Of a stretch of 64,000 nucleotides of DNA, positions 44,275 to 55,193 are shown in pieces (positions within the stretch are counted from its first letter, which is position 1; every line of letters starts with the position of its first letter). Both the position numbers and the translations under genes were made by a program. This DNA is from Trypanosoma brucei (Eukaryota): contig CM000208.1 in NCBI GenBank assembly GCA_000002445.1, positions 768,001 through 832,000 of the forward strand, given 5' to 3'. The notes under the pieces are model-generated. The model saw only the letters and a list, made by a program, of their open reading frames with translations. It was not told where the DNA came from and ran no database searches.

Positions 44275-46008
44275 ATGCAAGCGATAGGAACTTCGCCAAA
44301 GGCGCCTCTAGAGGGTGAGAGGGATTTACTTAAAGGGAGAACTGCAATGATTTCGATGCCTGATTGGTCCACAATGTACACGTGCAACCCTGCAGGGAAT
44401 AAAACATTGTTTGAGTTAGAGGCAATTGTTGTTAAGCGGCTGGAACTTCTGGGTTGGATCGACCAGCTGCTGAACTCACCGAACATGAAGAACCTCAGTC
44501 AACTACTTGACGAAGTGGGGGCCCACCTGCCACTTGAACGACGCAAACAGTCAACTCAGCCCGCGGCAGATCACGTCGTCCTTGGGAGAGATAGTGTCGA
44601 TGGCAGCACTTCTGACACCCCAGGATCGCGTGCACCGCGGCACTCTTCTCGCTCATTAACGGCCATGTTGTCAACGCAGAATGTCTTTGTGTTTGAGGGC
44701 GACGAGGATCTTCTTTCCCATCGGCTGGCCCGTTTTGTTTTCTGCATGAGCGAAAAGTGGCGCAAATGGTTCGTGCGCACGGAAGAGATGCTCCTTCGTG
44801 CAAGGCTCAGGCTCCAGCTTGCAAAATGTGAAGCTGATTTTCTTCCCAACCTCATGAGACTGAACGGTCTTCCTTGTGACGCCCTTACGGACGATCAGCA
44901 ACAGGACCCGCGCCTGCAGAAGTATATCATCTACCATACGGCTGTGCAAGGCAAGGGCCAGCTGCGCCGGGCCGATGAGTATTTTTTGGTTCCGTTGTCT
45001 CTAGCCACACGCTTGATAAAGGCGCGTAGTGTCCTTTGCTTGCGGGGCCATGCTATCCTTCACCGAGATCAGGTTCAAGAAGTGTTTGTAACCATGTTCT
45101 TATCGAAACTTAACAAAGGACTCCACGAGGCGTACCTCGCACGCATGAAGCTGTCGTCACACGAAGATCATGATGAAAGAGAAACCGTGATGAAAATGCT
45201 GGATGCTTTTTTGGAGTATTTTATCGAGGACACCATGAATGAGGTGCAGGAAGCTTCGGCTGGTGCTGTAGGTGCTGGTGATGTGCGCCATCTTGCGCAG
45301 ACACACTTCCCCCTTTGCATGCGTCAGGTGGACGAGCACCTTCGCCGTGAAGGTCACCTTAAGCATCAAGGGCGCTTCACATACGGACTGTTCCTCAAAG
45401 CGATCGGTTTGTCGATGCAAGATTCTATGGTCCTCTTTTCTTCTTTGATGACGTTGAAGGCTGGGGCTGCCGGGAAAGGGGACCCTGAAAGTTTTGCAAA
45501 AACATCGTACGGGTACAATATACGTCACAACTACGGTATGGAGGGTAAGAAAACTAGCTATAGTTCACTCTCGTGTACATCATTGCTGGGTTTGCCCCCA
45601 GTTGTCGATAAGTTTGATTGTCACGGTTGTCCGTTTCGCTTCAAGAATGAGAGTGCATTCCGGGGGGTGTTGTTAAAAGAACAGCTCCACCCACTTGGAA
45701 AGGGCCACTCATCAATTAGGCTTGCTGCAAGTGACATTGAAGATATTATACAGGATTGTAAAGGTCAGCATTATACACGGGCCTGCTACAAATATTTCAT
45801 GGCAACCCATCCAGGCGCGCGCCGCGATACGTTGTTTCGCTCCCCACACGAATATTATGTAACAAGTCGCGAAATGACTGATAAGGTGGGGGACTCTCTA
45901 TCTGACTCAACCCCAGCACATGAAACGCCCGGCAGGGATAATTTGAAGCGTTCGATCTTCACACCCACCTTGCGCGAGGATGTAGTCCGTCCGCGTGATT
46001 CTTTGTAG
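44275..46008 (+). CDS. PRI2: DNA primase large subunit (PriL/PRI2).
   Basis: 'HFPLCMRQVDEHLRREGHLKHQGRFTYGLFLKAIGL' matches the eukaryotic PriL signature '[35 protein letters not shown]'. 'YGYNIRHNYGMEGKKTSYSSLSC...CHGCPF' supplies the 4Fe-4S cysteine cluster. The track start is a TTG, and the ATG is at 44275. Confidence 0.9.
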   Translation: MQAIGTSPKAPLEGERDLLKGRTAMISMPDWSTMYTCNPAGNKTLFELEAIVVKRLELLGWIDQLLNSPNMKNLSQLLDEVGAHLPLERRKQSTQPAADHVVLGRDSVDGSTSDTPGSRAPRHSSRSLTAMLSTQNVFVFEGDEDLLSHRLARFVFCMSEKWRKWFVRTEEMLLRARLRLQLAKCEADFLPNLMRLNGLPCDALTDDQQQDPRLQKYIIYHTAVQGKGQLRRADEYFLVPLSLATRLIKARSVLCLRGHAILHRDQVQEVFVTMFLSKLNKGLHEAYLARMKLSSHEDHDERETVMKMLDAFLEYFIEDTMNEVQEASAGAVGAGDVRHLAQTHFPLCMRQVDEHLRREGHLKHQGRFTYGLFLKAIGLSMQDSMVLFSSLMTLKAGAAGKGDPESFAKTSYGYNIRHNYGMEGKKTSYSSLSCTSLLGLPPVVDKFDCHGCPFRFKNESAFRGVLLKEQLHPLGKGHSSIRLAASDIEDIIQDCKGQHYTRACYKYFMATHPGARRDTLFRSPHEYYVTSREMTDKVGDSLSDSTPAHETPGRDNLKRSIFTPTLREDVVRPRDSL

Positions 46009-46610
46009 GTGCTGTGCTACCAGTCTTGTTACATTCTCTGTAATTGCGCACATATCACTGGTTGGGCGGGAGAGAGGGTGCGTAGGTGCTGTATAAGGTG
46101 ACTCAGGATCCTTCGTGGGTAGAAGCGTATATATATATATACTTTTTTTATATGTGTTTGTGTTTGTGATTGTTTGGTTGTTGCTACTATCGCATAGAAG
46201 TGGGGTAGTTGTGACGTATATTTTGCGAAGGTATCATAGAGAGTTCTTGTATCTTGCTTGAGCGGCCCTCTTCAACTCGTGCTTCATAGATACACATCTT
46301 TATAGATTGTGAGGGATTACAGAACTGGTTTGACATGCGCCGAGCAAACGCTTTAGGATGGCGTTGTTGGTATTGTGTCCGCTTCTTTTTTTTGCATACA
46401 GATTTTTTTTACGTTGCTTTGTTCCATACCAACAAGCGTTACCCTTGTGGTGCACACAGCCTCATAGTAGGGCTTTGCTCCAGGTGTCTTCTTTCTTACC
46501 CCTTTGATCCCTCCTTGAAATGCTTGTGAGTGACGAAAAAACATTTGAACTCAATTTCGTATAGGTGGACAAATAGTGACTTAAGAAGGAACTTTCTCCT
46601 TTCGCTTCGC

Positions 46611-47309
46611 ATGCTCCGTTCCCCGTGGACTATGCTGTGTGGTGTCGGCCCACCGGGTCTGGCGCCAAAGCGGAAGCCAAAGATACGGATCGAGAGTGGT
46701 TATGAGCGGGAGAACCAAAAATATTACGAAGAGCGTGGGCACTTTTTTTCCGCCTTTGCAAGCATATCTATTCTATCACTCGGTTGTACCTTCCTATTCG
46801 TCCCTTTGTATCGTATGTACTGCGCCCCTACCGGCCGCGGCGCAGACCCGAAGTTCTACACGCCACAGGCTCAACGGGACCGAGAACAGTTGAATGAAAT
46901 GTATCCTGTACCCAAGAAGCTCCTCAAGGTGCGTTTTCTGAGCGATGTCGGCAATACGATGCCTATTGCCTTTGTTCCACTGCAGAAGGAGGTGGAGGTC
47001 TTGATAGGTGAACCTGCTCTGGCCTTTTACTCTGCATATAACCGTAGCAACCGCACTCTTTTGGGTGTTTCGTCCTATACAATTGCACCACCGGAGGCAA
47101 CAAACTACCTGAATAAAATTCAGTGTTTCTGTTTTGAAGAACAGCGGTTTAAACCACATGAGTTAGTCGAGATGCCAGTTTTCTTTTATATTGATCGTGA
47201 CTTTCTTAATGACCCGATGGTAAACTGGCTAGACGAGGTTATTGTCAACTATACTTTCTTCAACTTAGAGAAAACTAAGGACATAATTTTTCGGTCGAAT
47301 TTAGCGTAG
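46611..47309 (+). CDS. COX11: Cytochrome c oxidase assembly (copper chaperone) protein COX11.
   Basis: Contains the 'NKIQCFCFEEQR' copper-binding CFCF motif. A TM helix is followed by 'VPLYRMYCAPTGRGA', matching the COX11 'PLYR.FC..TG.GG' block. The track start is a GTG (46530), so I use the first ATG at 46611, which gives a plausible presequence. Confidence 0.85.
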   Translation: MLRSPWTMLCGVGPPGLAPKRKPKIRIESGYERENQKYYEERGHFFSAFASISILSLGCTFLFVPLYRMYCAPTGRGADPKFYTPQAQRDREQLNEMYPVPKKLLKVRFLSDVGNTMPIAFVPLQKEVEVLIGEPALAFYSAYNRSNRTLLGVSSYTIAPPEATNYLNKIQCFCFEEQRFKPHELVEMPVFFYIDRDFLNDPMVNWLDEVIVNYTFFNLEKTKDIIFRSNLA

Positions 47310-47929
47310 CACATAAGCGACTACTTGTCCACATGGGGAAACTGAAGAGGCCTTAAAACCGCACATGTTACGGAAAGACGAGGGCTGCATGGACTACCAG
47401 GCGGTTTCGTACGCTGTGTGAATGAGTTGTAGTTGTCAGTCGCGGGTAGCTACCTGTGAAAAATGTCTCAGATTTTTTTTTTCCGACGCGCGCCGCGTGT
47501 ATTTTATCGTGTGTGGCGCAGGACGGTGTCGCCTACCACTTACCGGACGTTTATAAAGGTCAAATGCCTCCCTCACCCTCCGTCACATACGTGTATGTGC
47601 GTTCGAAAAATTGTGTGGTGTTATGAATGTACGGTTCCCTGCTGTGTTTGTATTTCTCTTACTTCCTTTTTGTTACGCCTTTAAAAATACATTCAGACTT
47701 TATTTTAGTCTCTGAAGTGAACTAGAATTTTTTGTTTTCGATAGTCCGCGCACCGCAATTACACGACTACGTGTGGGGACGGTACTGTTGTGTAGCTATC
47801 AGCTGTCGGAGGGGTGTGAATCAGGTGCCCCGTCCAAGGATAAGAAAAAAAATACTGAAAAGAGGAACATATATACATTAACACTAACGAAGAAAGAAAG
47901 AGACGCTCAAAAGGGGGCAATATCAGGGG

Positions 47930-50284
47930 ATGAATGTTCTCATTGGAAAACGTGAGCTTTTTGCATTCGCGGAACGCTACTCCGAGTGCCGCATAAAGGA
48001 GTATGCAGAGCTGGCAGATGGTGCCATACTGTGTTCTTTGTTCGCTGCCGTGTTTCCAAATATGCGCATTCGGACTGCAACATCGCAGACGCACACACGT
48101 TCTCAGCTTGCGCATGCAAACTGGTCAGCTTTACGCAAAGCGTTAAGTGCTGTTGGCATCCCTCCGTCGTTGCTTAACCGTGAAAGGCTGCAGTGTGGCG
48201 ATGCTGAAAGCGGCTTCTCCGCCCTTGTGCTTTTCTACTTTTTGTTTCACCTGTCGAGGCGCAGCGACTTCTCTGCAGAGTTCGCCGCTGATGTCTCTGA
48301 AGAGCTCACAGAGTTTCTTCAGTCAGTTGATTCCATCGCGGCACTTGTTGCTGGAGGCGCCATGTCCTTAAGCGCGGTTCCACTGCCTTTACAAGAGCAA
48401 TTGCGAGGTGCTATTATGAGAACACGTGAAGGATGTGGGCTTCCAGAAGGCGGGAAGGAGAGTGGAAGAAGTTGTGGTGATACGGGCTTAGACACTGCTT
48501 GTCCCTCATCTGTTGTCCTTGCTGTGCAGATGGATGGAGGAGATAATGAAAACAACGAGAAAACAACATCGGATGACCTAAAAAGGCCGCCGAGTTTCAG
48601 TTCTCCCGAAAAATTTGCTGAGAGGAAGGATGACCGAGTGCCTCAAGAGACAGGGGGAAACGAAAGGGAAGTCCACTCCGGTTATTCAGTCTGTAGGAAG
48701 TGGAAACAAGATGACAGAGAGTGTGAAGAGGCATATGACACTATCGACCACTGCGATAGCTGCAGGGGTGGCGATGCTGGGTATCGTAGAATGGCTGCTG
48801 GTGTGGCGGAGGAAGTGGGTGATGAGTTGATGGCGCCCATATTTCAACAAAATCGTGATCTTCAAGAGTTACTAATGGTCAAAGAAAAGAAGTGTGAGGA
48901 ATTAAAAGCACAGAACTTAGAACTACTTGGCCACTTAACTAAACTCCGCATCCAGTATTCGATGGAAAAAGCTTTGCCCTGGCAGGGTGACGATACAGCG
49001 AACGAATCTACCAAAGTGGAGAAGGGTGAACTTCTAGCATCGGAGGAAGTGCAACACCTGCGCTCTGTTCTGCAGACCACAAGATCGGAGCGTCGCCGAC
49101 TTGCGGCAAAGGATGGTGTTCCTATCGATGAACTTCTGGGGGGCATCGTTGATGCGGAGACGGGAGAAGTAATTGATGTTGAAAACGAGGCCACTTTGCT
49201 TAATGGTGTGCTCGCTGATGTTCTTCGTGATATTCCTCGCGATCGGCGCGAGGCCCAGAGATGTCTTTGGCGCATTGTGTCCGCCTTCAACGTTTTGGAA
49301 GAACGTCTTGCAGTTGCAGTTGGTACACAAAAACCGAATTGTGAGCGAGTGAAAAGGGAAGCAAATACGATCTTTGGTGATGACGGTGGCGAATGTGGGT
49401 CACCTGCTTCGGTTTTCCGCCCCCCCACCACTCCGTGCACCACCGCAAAACTTGTTGAGTCTTGTGATGATTCATCAATGTTTGATCTAAAGGCCCCCGC
49501 CGACCCTTCTTTGTCGCCTGAAAACATTTTCTCGCGGTTAAAGGAGGAGATGATACTGCGACAGAGGCGATTTGAACGCCAGCTTATTCAACTGCACGAC
49601 AATGAGGCACGACTGCAGAAACGTATCCATGTACTACAGAACAAAATCTGCCATTTGTGTCAGAGGTCTCTGGAACGTGATTTGACGTGGAAGTCCTTGT
49701 GCGCTGCAATCTGTGAAGCCGAACGCACTTCACTTCTTGTTGCAGATGCGGAGAGTGAGGAAGCGGTGGAACGGCTGCTGGAACAAAGGAATGCATGCTA
49801 CATACGTGCAGACGAAGTATCGGCTTCGCTTATGCGGGACCAAGAGGAGCAAGGTGATGCTCTTATTATGCCCGGTGGCCATGAGAACGACTGCCACGAT
49901 GTGTGTGAAACAATGAAGGTGCTCCTTGAGAGCGTTACGCAGGACAGAGACAAACTGTTAAAGGAACTCGAAGCTCTGCAAGACGTGGGTGAAACTGGGC
50001 GCAATCAAAGAACTGAGCACCAGCAACGGTTGTCAAAGGGTGACTTGAGAAAGTCTGTGCGAACGCTTCTGCAGGAGGAGGGTCACTCGAGCAATGGGGA
50101 GTGGTTTGCGCAAACAAGCACGTTTTTTCCCTTTGCTTCCTCACCTTCAAAACTTGTGCTGAAGAATTCGGTGTCCGCAGCACAACAGGAGGACGGTCGA
50201 CCCCTTCATGGGGGTCGTTGCCCATTGCCTCCAGGGGAAAACCTTTCTGCGCTGCTCTCATTGCCTGGAGTGATAGGACGGTAA
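47930..50284 (+). CDS. Hypothetical protein with an N-terminal calponin-homology-like domain and central coiled coil.
   Basis: ATG start. The N-terminal 110 residues (RELFAFAERYSECRIKEYAELADGAILCSLFAAVFPNMRI...NWSALRKALSAVGIP) resemble the EB1-type CH domain ('L.W.N......I..L.SGAAYCQFMDMLFPG'). A coiled coil spans about residues 300-360 and 520-560. The CH-domain call is tentative. Confidence 0.55.
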   Translation: MNVLIGKRELFAFAERYSECRIKEYAELADGAILCSLFAAVFPNMRIRTATSQTHTRSQLAHANWSALRKALSAVGIPPSLLNRERLQCGDAESGFSALVLFYFLFHLSRRSDFSAEFAADVSEELTEFLQSVDSIAALVAGGAMSLSAVPLPLQEQLRGAIMRTREGCGLPEGGKESGRSCGDTGLDTACPSSVVLAVQMDGGDNENNEKTTSDDLKRPPSFSSPEKFAERKDDRVPQETGGNEREVHSGYSVCRKWKQDDRECEEAYDTIDHCDSCRGGDAGYRRMAAGVAEEVGDELMAPIFQQNRDLQELLMVKEKKCEELKAQNLELLGHLTKLRIQYSMEKALPWQGDDTANESTKVEKGELLASEEVQHLRSVLQTTRSERRRLAAKDGVPIDELLGGIVDAETGEVIDVENEATLLNGVLADVLRDIPRDRREAQRCLWRIVSAFNVLEERLAVAVGTQKPNCERVKREANTIFGDDGGECGSPASVFRPPTTPCTTAKLVESCDDSSMFDLKAPADPSLSPENIFSRLKEEMILRQRRFERQLIQLHDNEARLQKRIHVLQNKICHLCQRSLERDLTWKSLCAAICEAERTSLLVADAESEEAVERLLEQRNACYIRADEVSASLMRDQEEQGDALIMPGGHENDCHDVCETMKVLLESVTQDRDKLLKELEALQDVGETGRNQRTEHQQRLSKGDLRKSVRTLLQEEGHSSNGEWFAQTSTFFPFASSPSKLVLKNSVSAAQQEDGRPLHGGRCPLPPGENLSALLSLPGVIGR

Positions 50285-50526
50285 AATTTCCTCAAGCAAC
50301 TACCTGTTTGCCTTTCCTCAAGTAGAGTTGCTATAAAGACATAGACTTTTTACACTTATGTTTGTCCATAGAGTTGGGGAAAACATAGATTTATTTAATG
50401 AAAGGGTTAAGTGATCTCATCGATAACCTCTTTGCCAGTGGTAATAGCCCCATTTTTTTGTTCTCTCAACTCTTCCATTTCGTTTTGTTTCGCGGAAAAC
50501 CCTTTTTCCAGAAGAGATTCTGGGAA

Positions 50527-50545
50527 GTGTGTGTGTGTGTGTGTG
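50527..50545. repeat. (GT)9 microsatellite.
   Basis: Direct reading of the sequence. Intergenic, upstream of the LRR gene. Confidence 0.9.
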
Positions 50546-50778
50546 ACAACCTGGTCACTGGTCTGCGGCCATAACCGCTTTTCTTTTGAGACCCAATGCG
50601 CTTCATACGTGTGACTATGTAGCGTTTTTTGTCACGTTTTGAGCGTTTCGGAAGGAGTGCATGTTTTTTTCGTTGTGCGCGAGGGCTTCTTAACCGTTTC
50701 TGTTTATTAAAGTTTATGCTTGTTTTATCTCTGTCTTATCTCTTAGGTTTTAGTGCATAGCGGTACTTTACACGTACC

Positions 50779-52671
50779 ATGTACACCGTGGCTCCTGCTC
50801 CGGGTTGTCTTTCCCGCCAACTGCACGTTTCTGGACGTAATAAAAACATTAAAGACATTGATCTTGGTGCTGTTTTCTTTACGCATGAGGATAAGGAGAC
50901 TCTGGCCCTTATTACATCGTTCGACCTTTCACATAACTGCATTGAAAAGTTACTACATCTGGATGCCCTCGTGTCTCTTACAAGTTTGGACGTGAGTCAC
51001 AACCGCATTAACGTTGTTGGCACACTCCCTATTACCATCACACGGTTGAATCTCTCTAACAACGGGTTGGTAACGCTTGACAACGTTGGGGCACTGCGAA
51101 ATCTGCGTGAGCTGGATGTGAGCCACAATAGGCTCGATTCCTTTATTGGCCTGCGGTCCATTTCCACGCTCCAGATATTGAGGGCTGACAATAACCGTAT
51201 TTTTAGTGTGTCGGAGCTGGGCTGCATGACCTCGCTGCATTTTCTCAGTCTTGATCATAACGTGATTAGAAATGTCAACGAGCTTGTCTTTCTTACATCG
51301 ACCAAGCACCTTGAGATGCTTTCGTTATGTGGTAATCCCGTTTCAAACATGAAGGGATACAAAAAACTTATAACTCAGTTGTGCCCCGGTCTTCTTTCCC
51401 TGGATGGATTGCCTCTTGCAAGCGACACATCGGAGTGTGTCGTTGATGTGCCGGACGACGACGAGGAGGATGAGGAATTACTTACTCCTGTCGCACGACT
51501 AGGGCCGTGCCCGGCCCCGCACCCGCTGTTGAAGACTAATCGTGCCGTCCATGGTGGAAATGTTCGCGTTAATGGCTTTCTTCTTGTGGAAGGACAAGGA
51601 GGTGAGTCGGCTACTGGAAAAGGCGGCCGTGCAGATTCCTCTGTTCGCCGTTCTGTAGTTGCTACCAAGTGCTGTGGAAACAAGCAGTCTGCTGCAACCG
51701 AAACAGGAAAGCCCCCGGAAAATGATCTTTCGAGCATCAAGGTTGCTAGTAGTGATACTTCCGTGTCCTCAAAGCAACGGGACTCTCTAAATGTGGGCCC
51801 AGAAGGATCAGAACGGCCCCAGCGGGGAATGCAAAAACAGCGGAAGCTGCAGCAACTGCAGACTAGAGGGTCAGGCGTTGAAGCTCCTACCATCTCTAAA
51901 ACCACTTCTTCATACGCCAGTAAGATTGCATCCAAAGTTTCTCATCATTCAAGCGAGGAAAAAGACGGGAGTTCATCTTTTTCCGGTTCCCAACCTTCGC
52001 GAGATACCGAGCGATTACTGCGGGAGACACAGGTGCTTGTAGAGGAGCTTAGGAAAGAAAATGGATACCTGCGCGCGCGCAACAAGAAGATTGAGGCCCA
52101 GCTGAGAGAGGTGCGCAGAGTTGTGACGCACCAGCTTGACGATATAACGGACCTAAGAAAGCGATGTGCTGCTGCCGAGAGCCTTGTGGCTGCGTCCAAA
52201 GAGCAAATGGAAAAAGTTAAACGGCACGCGCGTGCCACTGGAAAATACACACACAGTGCGGTGGATGCTATGGCTCTGGAGCAGGAGCGCCTGCGGGCAG
52301 GTTACGAGGCTCAGATTGCGGACCTCAACGTGCAGCTGAGGGACGCGCAGATGCGATCAAAGAAAGCGACAATGTGTCCTATCCAACAATCGAGAAGTGG
52401 GAAGGTCCTAACGTTAAACACAGAAGATATTAATGGTGCCTGCACCGAAATTGAAATATCGTTGGGAGAGGGTATGAGTAGTCCTACGAGAGAGGGATGT
52501 GAGTTATCTCTTGTTTTGTCTCCCACCGACACGACGACAAGCGACTCGGAACGCTCTGTTACACGCGACTTTTGTGATGATGCTGGAGTTTTGAATGGCA
52601 GTGTAAACACATCCGGCATCCACAAACCTAAAGGCACGAGGGACACCGAAGAGAGCGCGTGTCTTGAATGA
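50779..52671 (+). CDS. Leucine-rich-repeat protein with a C-terminal coiled coil.
   Basis: ATG start. At least six tandem roughly 22-residue LRRs (LDVSHNRINVVGTL / LNLSNNGLVTLDNVGALRNLRELDVSHNRLDSFIGL / LSLDHNVIRNVNEL...). An acidic 'DDDEEDEELL' run follows the repeats. A coiled coil spans about residues 400-520. Confidence 0.7.
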   Translation: MYTVAPAPGCLSRQLHVSGRNKNIKDIDLGAVFFTHEDKETLALITSFDLSHNCIEKLLHLDALVSLTSLDVSHNRINVVGTLPITITRLNLSNNGLVTLDNVGALRNLRELDVSHNRLDSFIGLRSISTLQILRADNNRIFSVSELGCMTSLHFLSLDHNVIRNVNELVFLTSTKHLEMLSLCGNPVSNMKGYKKLITQLCPGLLSLDGLPLASDTSECVVDVPDDDEEDEELLTPVARLGPCPAPHPLLKTNRAVHGGNVRVNGFLLVEGQGGESATGKGGRADSSVRRSVVATKCCGNKQSAATETGKPPENDLSSIKVASSDTSVSSKQRDSLNVGPEGSERPQRGMQKQRKLQQLQTRGSGVEAPTISKTTSSYASKIASKVSHHSSEEKDGSSSFSGSQPSRDTERLLRETQVLVEELRKENGYLRARNKKIEAQLREVRRVVTHQLDDITDLRKRCAAAESLVAASKEQMEKVKRHARATGKYTHSAVDAMALEQERLRAGYEAQIADLNVQLRDAQMRSKKATMCPIQQSRSGKVLTLNTEDINGACTEIEISLGEGMSSPTREGCELSLVLSPTDTTTSDSERSVTRDFCDDAGVLNGSVNTSGIHKPKGTRDTEESACLE

Positions 52672-53309
52672 CTGTCGTAGTTGCTGTTAGTGGGAACCGT
52701 AACCATCTTTGGAGTTTTTTTTTTCGCACCTCCTCCCCTAAGGCAATGTGAGTTCGACTGGATACATCACTTGATCATGCCTGCCTGGGGTGAGATACTG
52801 GTTCCTTGGGCAGACTGTGAGGCAGCCATCTGGGGCACTGGTTGATTCACGTAACATTTAGTTCTCCTGTTACCTGCAAGTGACGGAGGTGCAATTGTAG
52901 CGGCTAGGTGACGAGATCTGCCTTTGTGTTTCATGAATACATTGTGGAACTTGTAGCATCCTGCGTGTTGTCCGTGCGTTAAGGTTCACCCCTGTCTATT
53001 TGTGAGTGGTGAGTGGGGTATGAATCTCATCCCTTGAAAACATTTTTCACTTTGGAGTGCCTTGTTTTTGCTGCAAATTGGGGTCTTCTGTCCTTTGGTT
53101 GTATATTTTTTTCCTCCCCATTTACGGCCTTTTTCCAGGTTGCTTTTCGGGACTCCCCATGTTTTGTCGCTTTTGTGGTTTACGGTCGTGCTAGAGCCAT
53201 TAAACTTTTATCTCAATGATTTTTCTTCCCCGCCGTCACGGTGACAAACACAAACGTGTATGTATGTGTATCCGTGAACTGTACATTTAGAAGACAAAGG
53301 AACAAGACC

Positions 53310-53927
53310 ATGGTATCCAACGGTAAAACCAACGGCAACGAGCGGAGCATAACCGGACGGGAACTCCGACCTGTTGAAGGACTTCAGATACGTGTACTTG
53401 ACGATCCACGCTTAGTTGAACGCATCCGCGTTTTAGATGGGTATTGCTTGCCTATTAAGTACGGGGACCACTACTATGACACGTACGTGCGGCCTTGTGC
53501 TCACAGGTATAGCCAAATTGCCCTCTTTCACGACATGCTTGTGGGGAGTTGTACCTGTAGACTTGAGCGCACTGAGGATGAGGATGAGTTTTTTCTCTAT
53601 ATCATGACGATTGCAGTACTTGAGCCGTATCGGCGGCTCGGTGTTGGTAGTCGGTTGCTTGAGAGCGTCCTACGTGCAGTGGCTAGCGAGACGAAGGTAC
53701 GCGTCCGGCAGGTGACGTTGCATATGCAGGTGAGTTCTCCAGTGATTGAATTTTACAAAACGTTTGGGTTTGAAGTAATGGAAAGAGTGCCAGACTACTA
53801 TACAAACTTGGACGAATGTGACGCCTACCTCCTCCGCAAGGTGATTGACCAACCCCATCTTGAGTCAAAGCAACATCAAAATCGAAAAGCAAAGGGGGGT
53901 GCTGGAAAGGGTGGGAAGGCGAAGTGA
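53310..53927 (+). CDS. NAA50: N-alpha-acetyltransferase 50-like (NAA50, a GNAT-family acetyltransferase).
   Basis: 'FFLYIMTIAVLEPYRRLGVGSRLLESVL' matches the NAA50 'RLYIMTLGCLAPYRRLGIGTKML' acetyl-CoA-binding (Q/RxxGxG/A) block. 'LHMQVSSPVIEFYKTFGFEVMERVPDYYTNLDECDAYLLRK' matches '[42 protein letters not shown]'. The track start is a GTG (53241), and the ATG is at 53310. Confidence 0.8.
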   Translation: MVSNGKTNGNERSITGRELRPVEGLQIRVLDDPRLVERIRVLDGYCLPIKYGDHYYDTYVRPCAHRYSQIALFHDMLVGSCTCRLERTEDEDEFFLYIMTIAVLEPYRRLGVGSRLLESVLRAVASETKVRVRQVTLHMQVSSPVIEFYKTFGFEVMERVPDYYTNLDECDAYLLRKVIDQPHLESKQHQNRKAKGGAGKGGKAK

Positions 53928-54335
53928 AAGCAATGGGAGTATGGTGAAGAAATAGGGTTAGCTGCGCGAATTTGTACTTCGTCGGTGCATGCGCGCCCCG
54001 GAATGAGCGTTCCATGGGACAATGACGCTGCTGCTTTCTTCCCCCCCCCCCATAACGAGGAATATAAATAGTTTAAATAAACACATAAAAGTGTGTACCT
54101 TCGGTTAAATTATATCCTCTTGAGGGCATTGTGTCGCTACCTCGTTCTTGGTCTTCAATCTCGACTCGCCATTTTTTTTTTTATACCTCCTTTGGTGCTT
54201 CGGCAATGCGTTTCGTTACCTGGTCAACAGCGGAGGGAGGTTTTCGAAGGATCGTTGGGTAAAGAGTTAGGTAGATCGTGATAATTTGCGGAGTCGGAGG
54301 GGCTGACAACAAGCAACAGCTACCGGGCAACGACA

Positions 54336-54728
54336 ATGCGTTACTATCCCACTGGTCTTGACCGTGATTCACACATTTCAGGTGTACGCCCCGGAGGAGG
54401 GGCTCCAGTTTCACACGACGTAAACAAACGAAGGGACAATTTGCCTGATCATGTGTTTGCCTCCATCCGTGAGGAGGTTCTAATGGAGGAGCGAATGCGC
54501 CATGTAAATGCGGAGGCGCGAGCCCGTGCACAGCTAATACAAGCCTCAGGCACACACGGAAAACGTATGGCCGGTGGTTCTGTTGGTGATGATCGCCGCG
54601 AGCTTGAGCGGGTGTCGAGTGCAGAGGCAGTGAATGCTCGCCATCGTGCGCTGTTGGAGTTATATTCACTGGAGATGGAGGGGTGGAAGGAAGAATTGGC
54701 AGAGCGGGGGTTGAGCATAGAGATGTAG
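54336..54728 (+). CDS. Small hypothetical protein (130 aa).
   Basis: ATG start, same strand. Charged, helical-looking composition (EEVLMEERMRHVNAEARARAQLIQ...). No recognisable motif. Confidence 0.4.
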   Translation: MRYYPTGLDRDSHISGVRPGGGAPVSHDVNKRRDNLPDHVFASIREEVLMEERMRHVNAEARARAQLIQASGTHGKRMAGGSVGDDRRELERVSSAEAVNARHRALLELYSLEMEGWKEELAERGLSIEM

Positions 54729-55193
54729 AGTGGAGGGAGCAAGGCATGATTATCCTTTCCTTTGTTTGCTGTTTTCACTGGCCGTGCCGGCGGGGGGTTG
54801 TGTGCCGTTTAGTATGTATATCAGCTGTGCTTCCCTTATGGACTGGCCGCGGCGCGCTGCCACACGTGGGGTGACCCAGCAATCAAAGTCGGCAGCAATT
54901 TGTGTTCTACCCTTTCCAGCTTTTTTTTTTACACACTGGCTTTCCGGTTAGATATTCATTACTTGGGTTTTTCTTTGGGTACCTCTTTTTTTTCCATTCT
55001 TGGAAATATGCTTTTCCTCTCTACACACACCGCTCCCCAAACACTAGTGGTTTATTGTTTGTTACGGGAGAAGGGGAGAAAGTAGAGGCGGGGGGAAGGT
55101 TTTGCACCAAGCACGCAAAAACAACAAGAGAAACAGTAGTGACAGGGCTGGGAAGGAGGAAAAGGGAAGAACAAGTTCTTATTACCTCACTAC

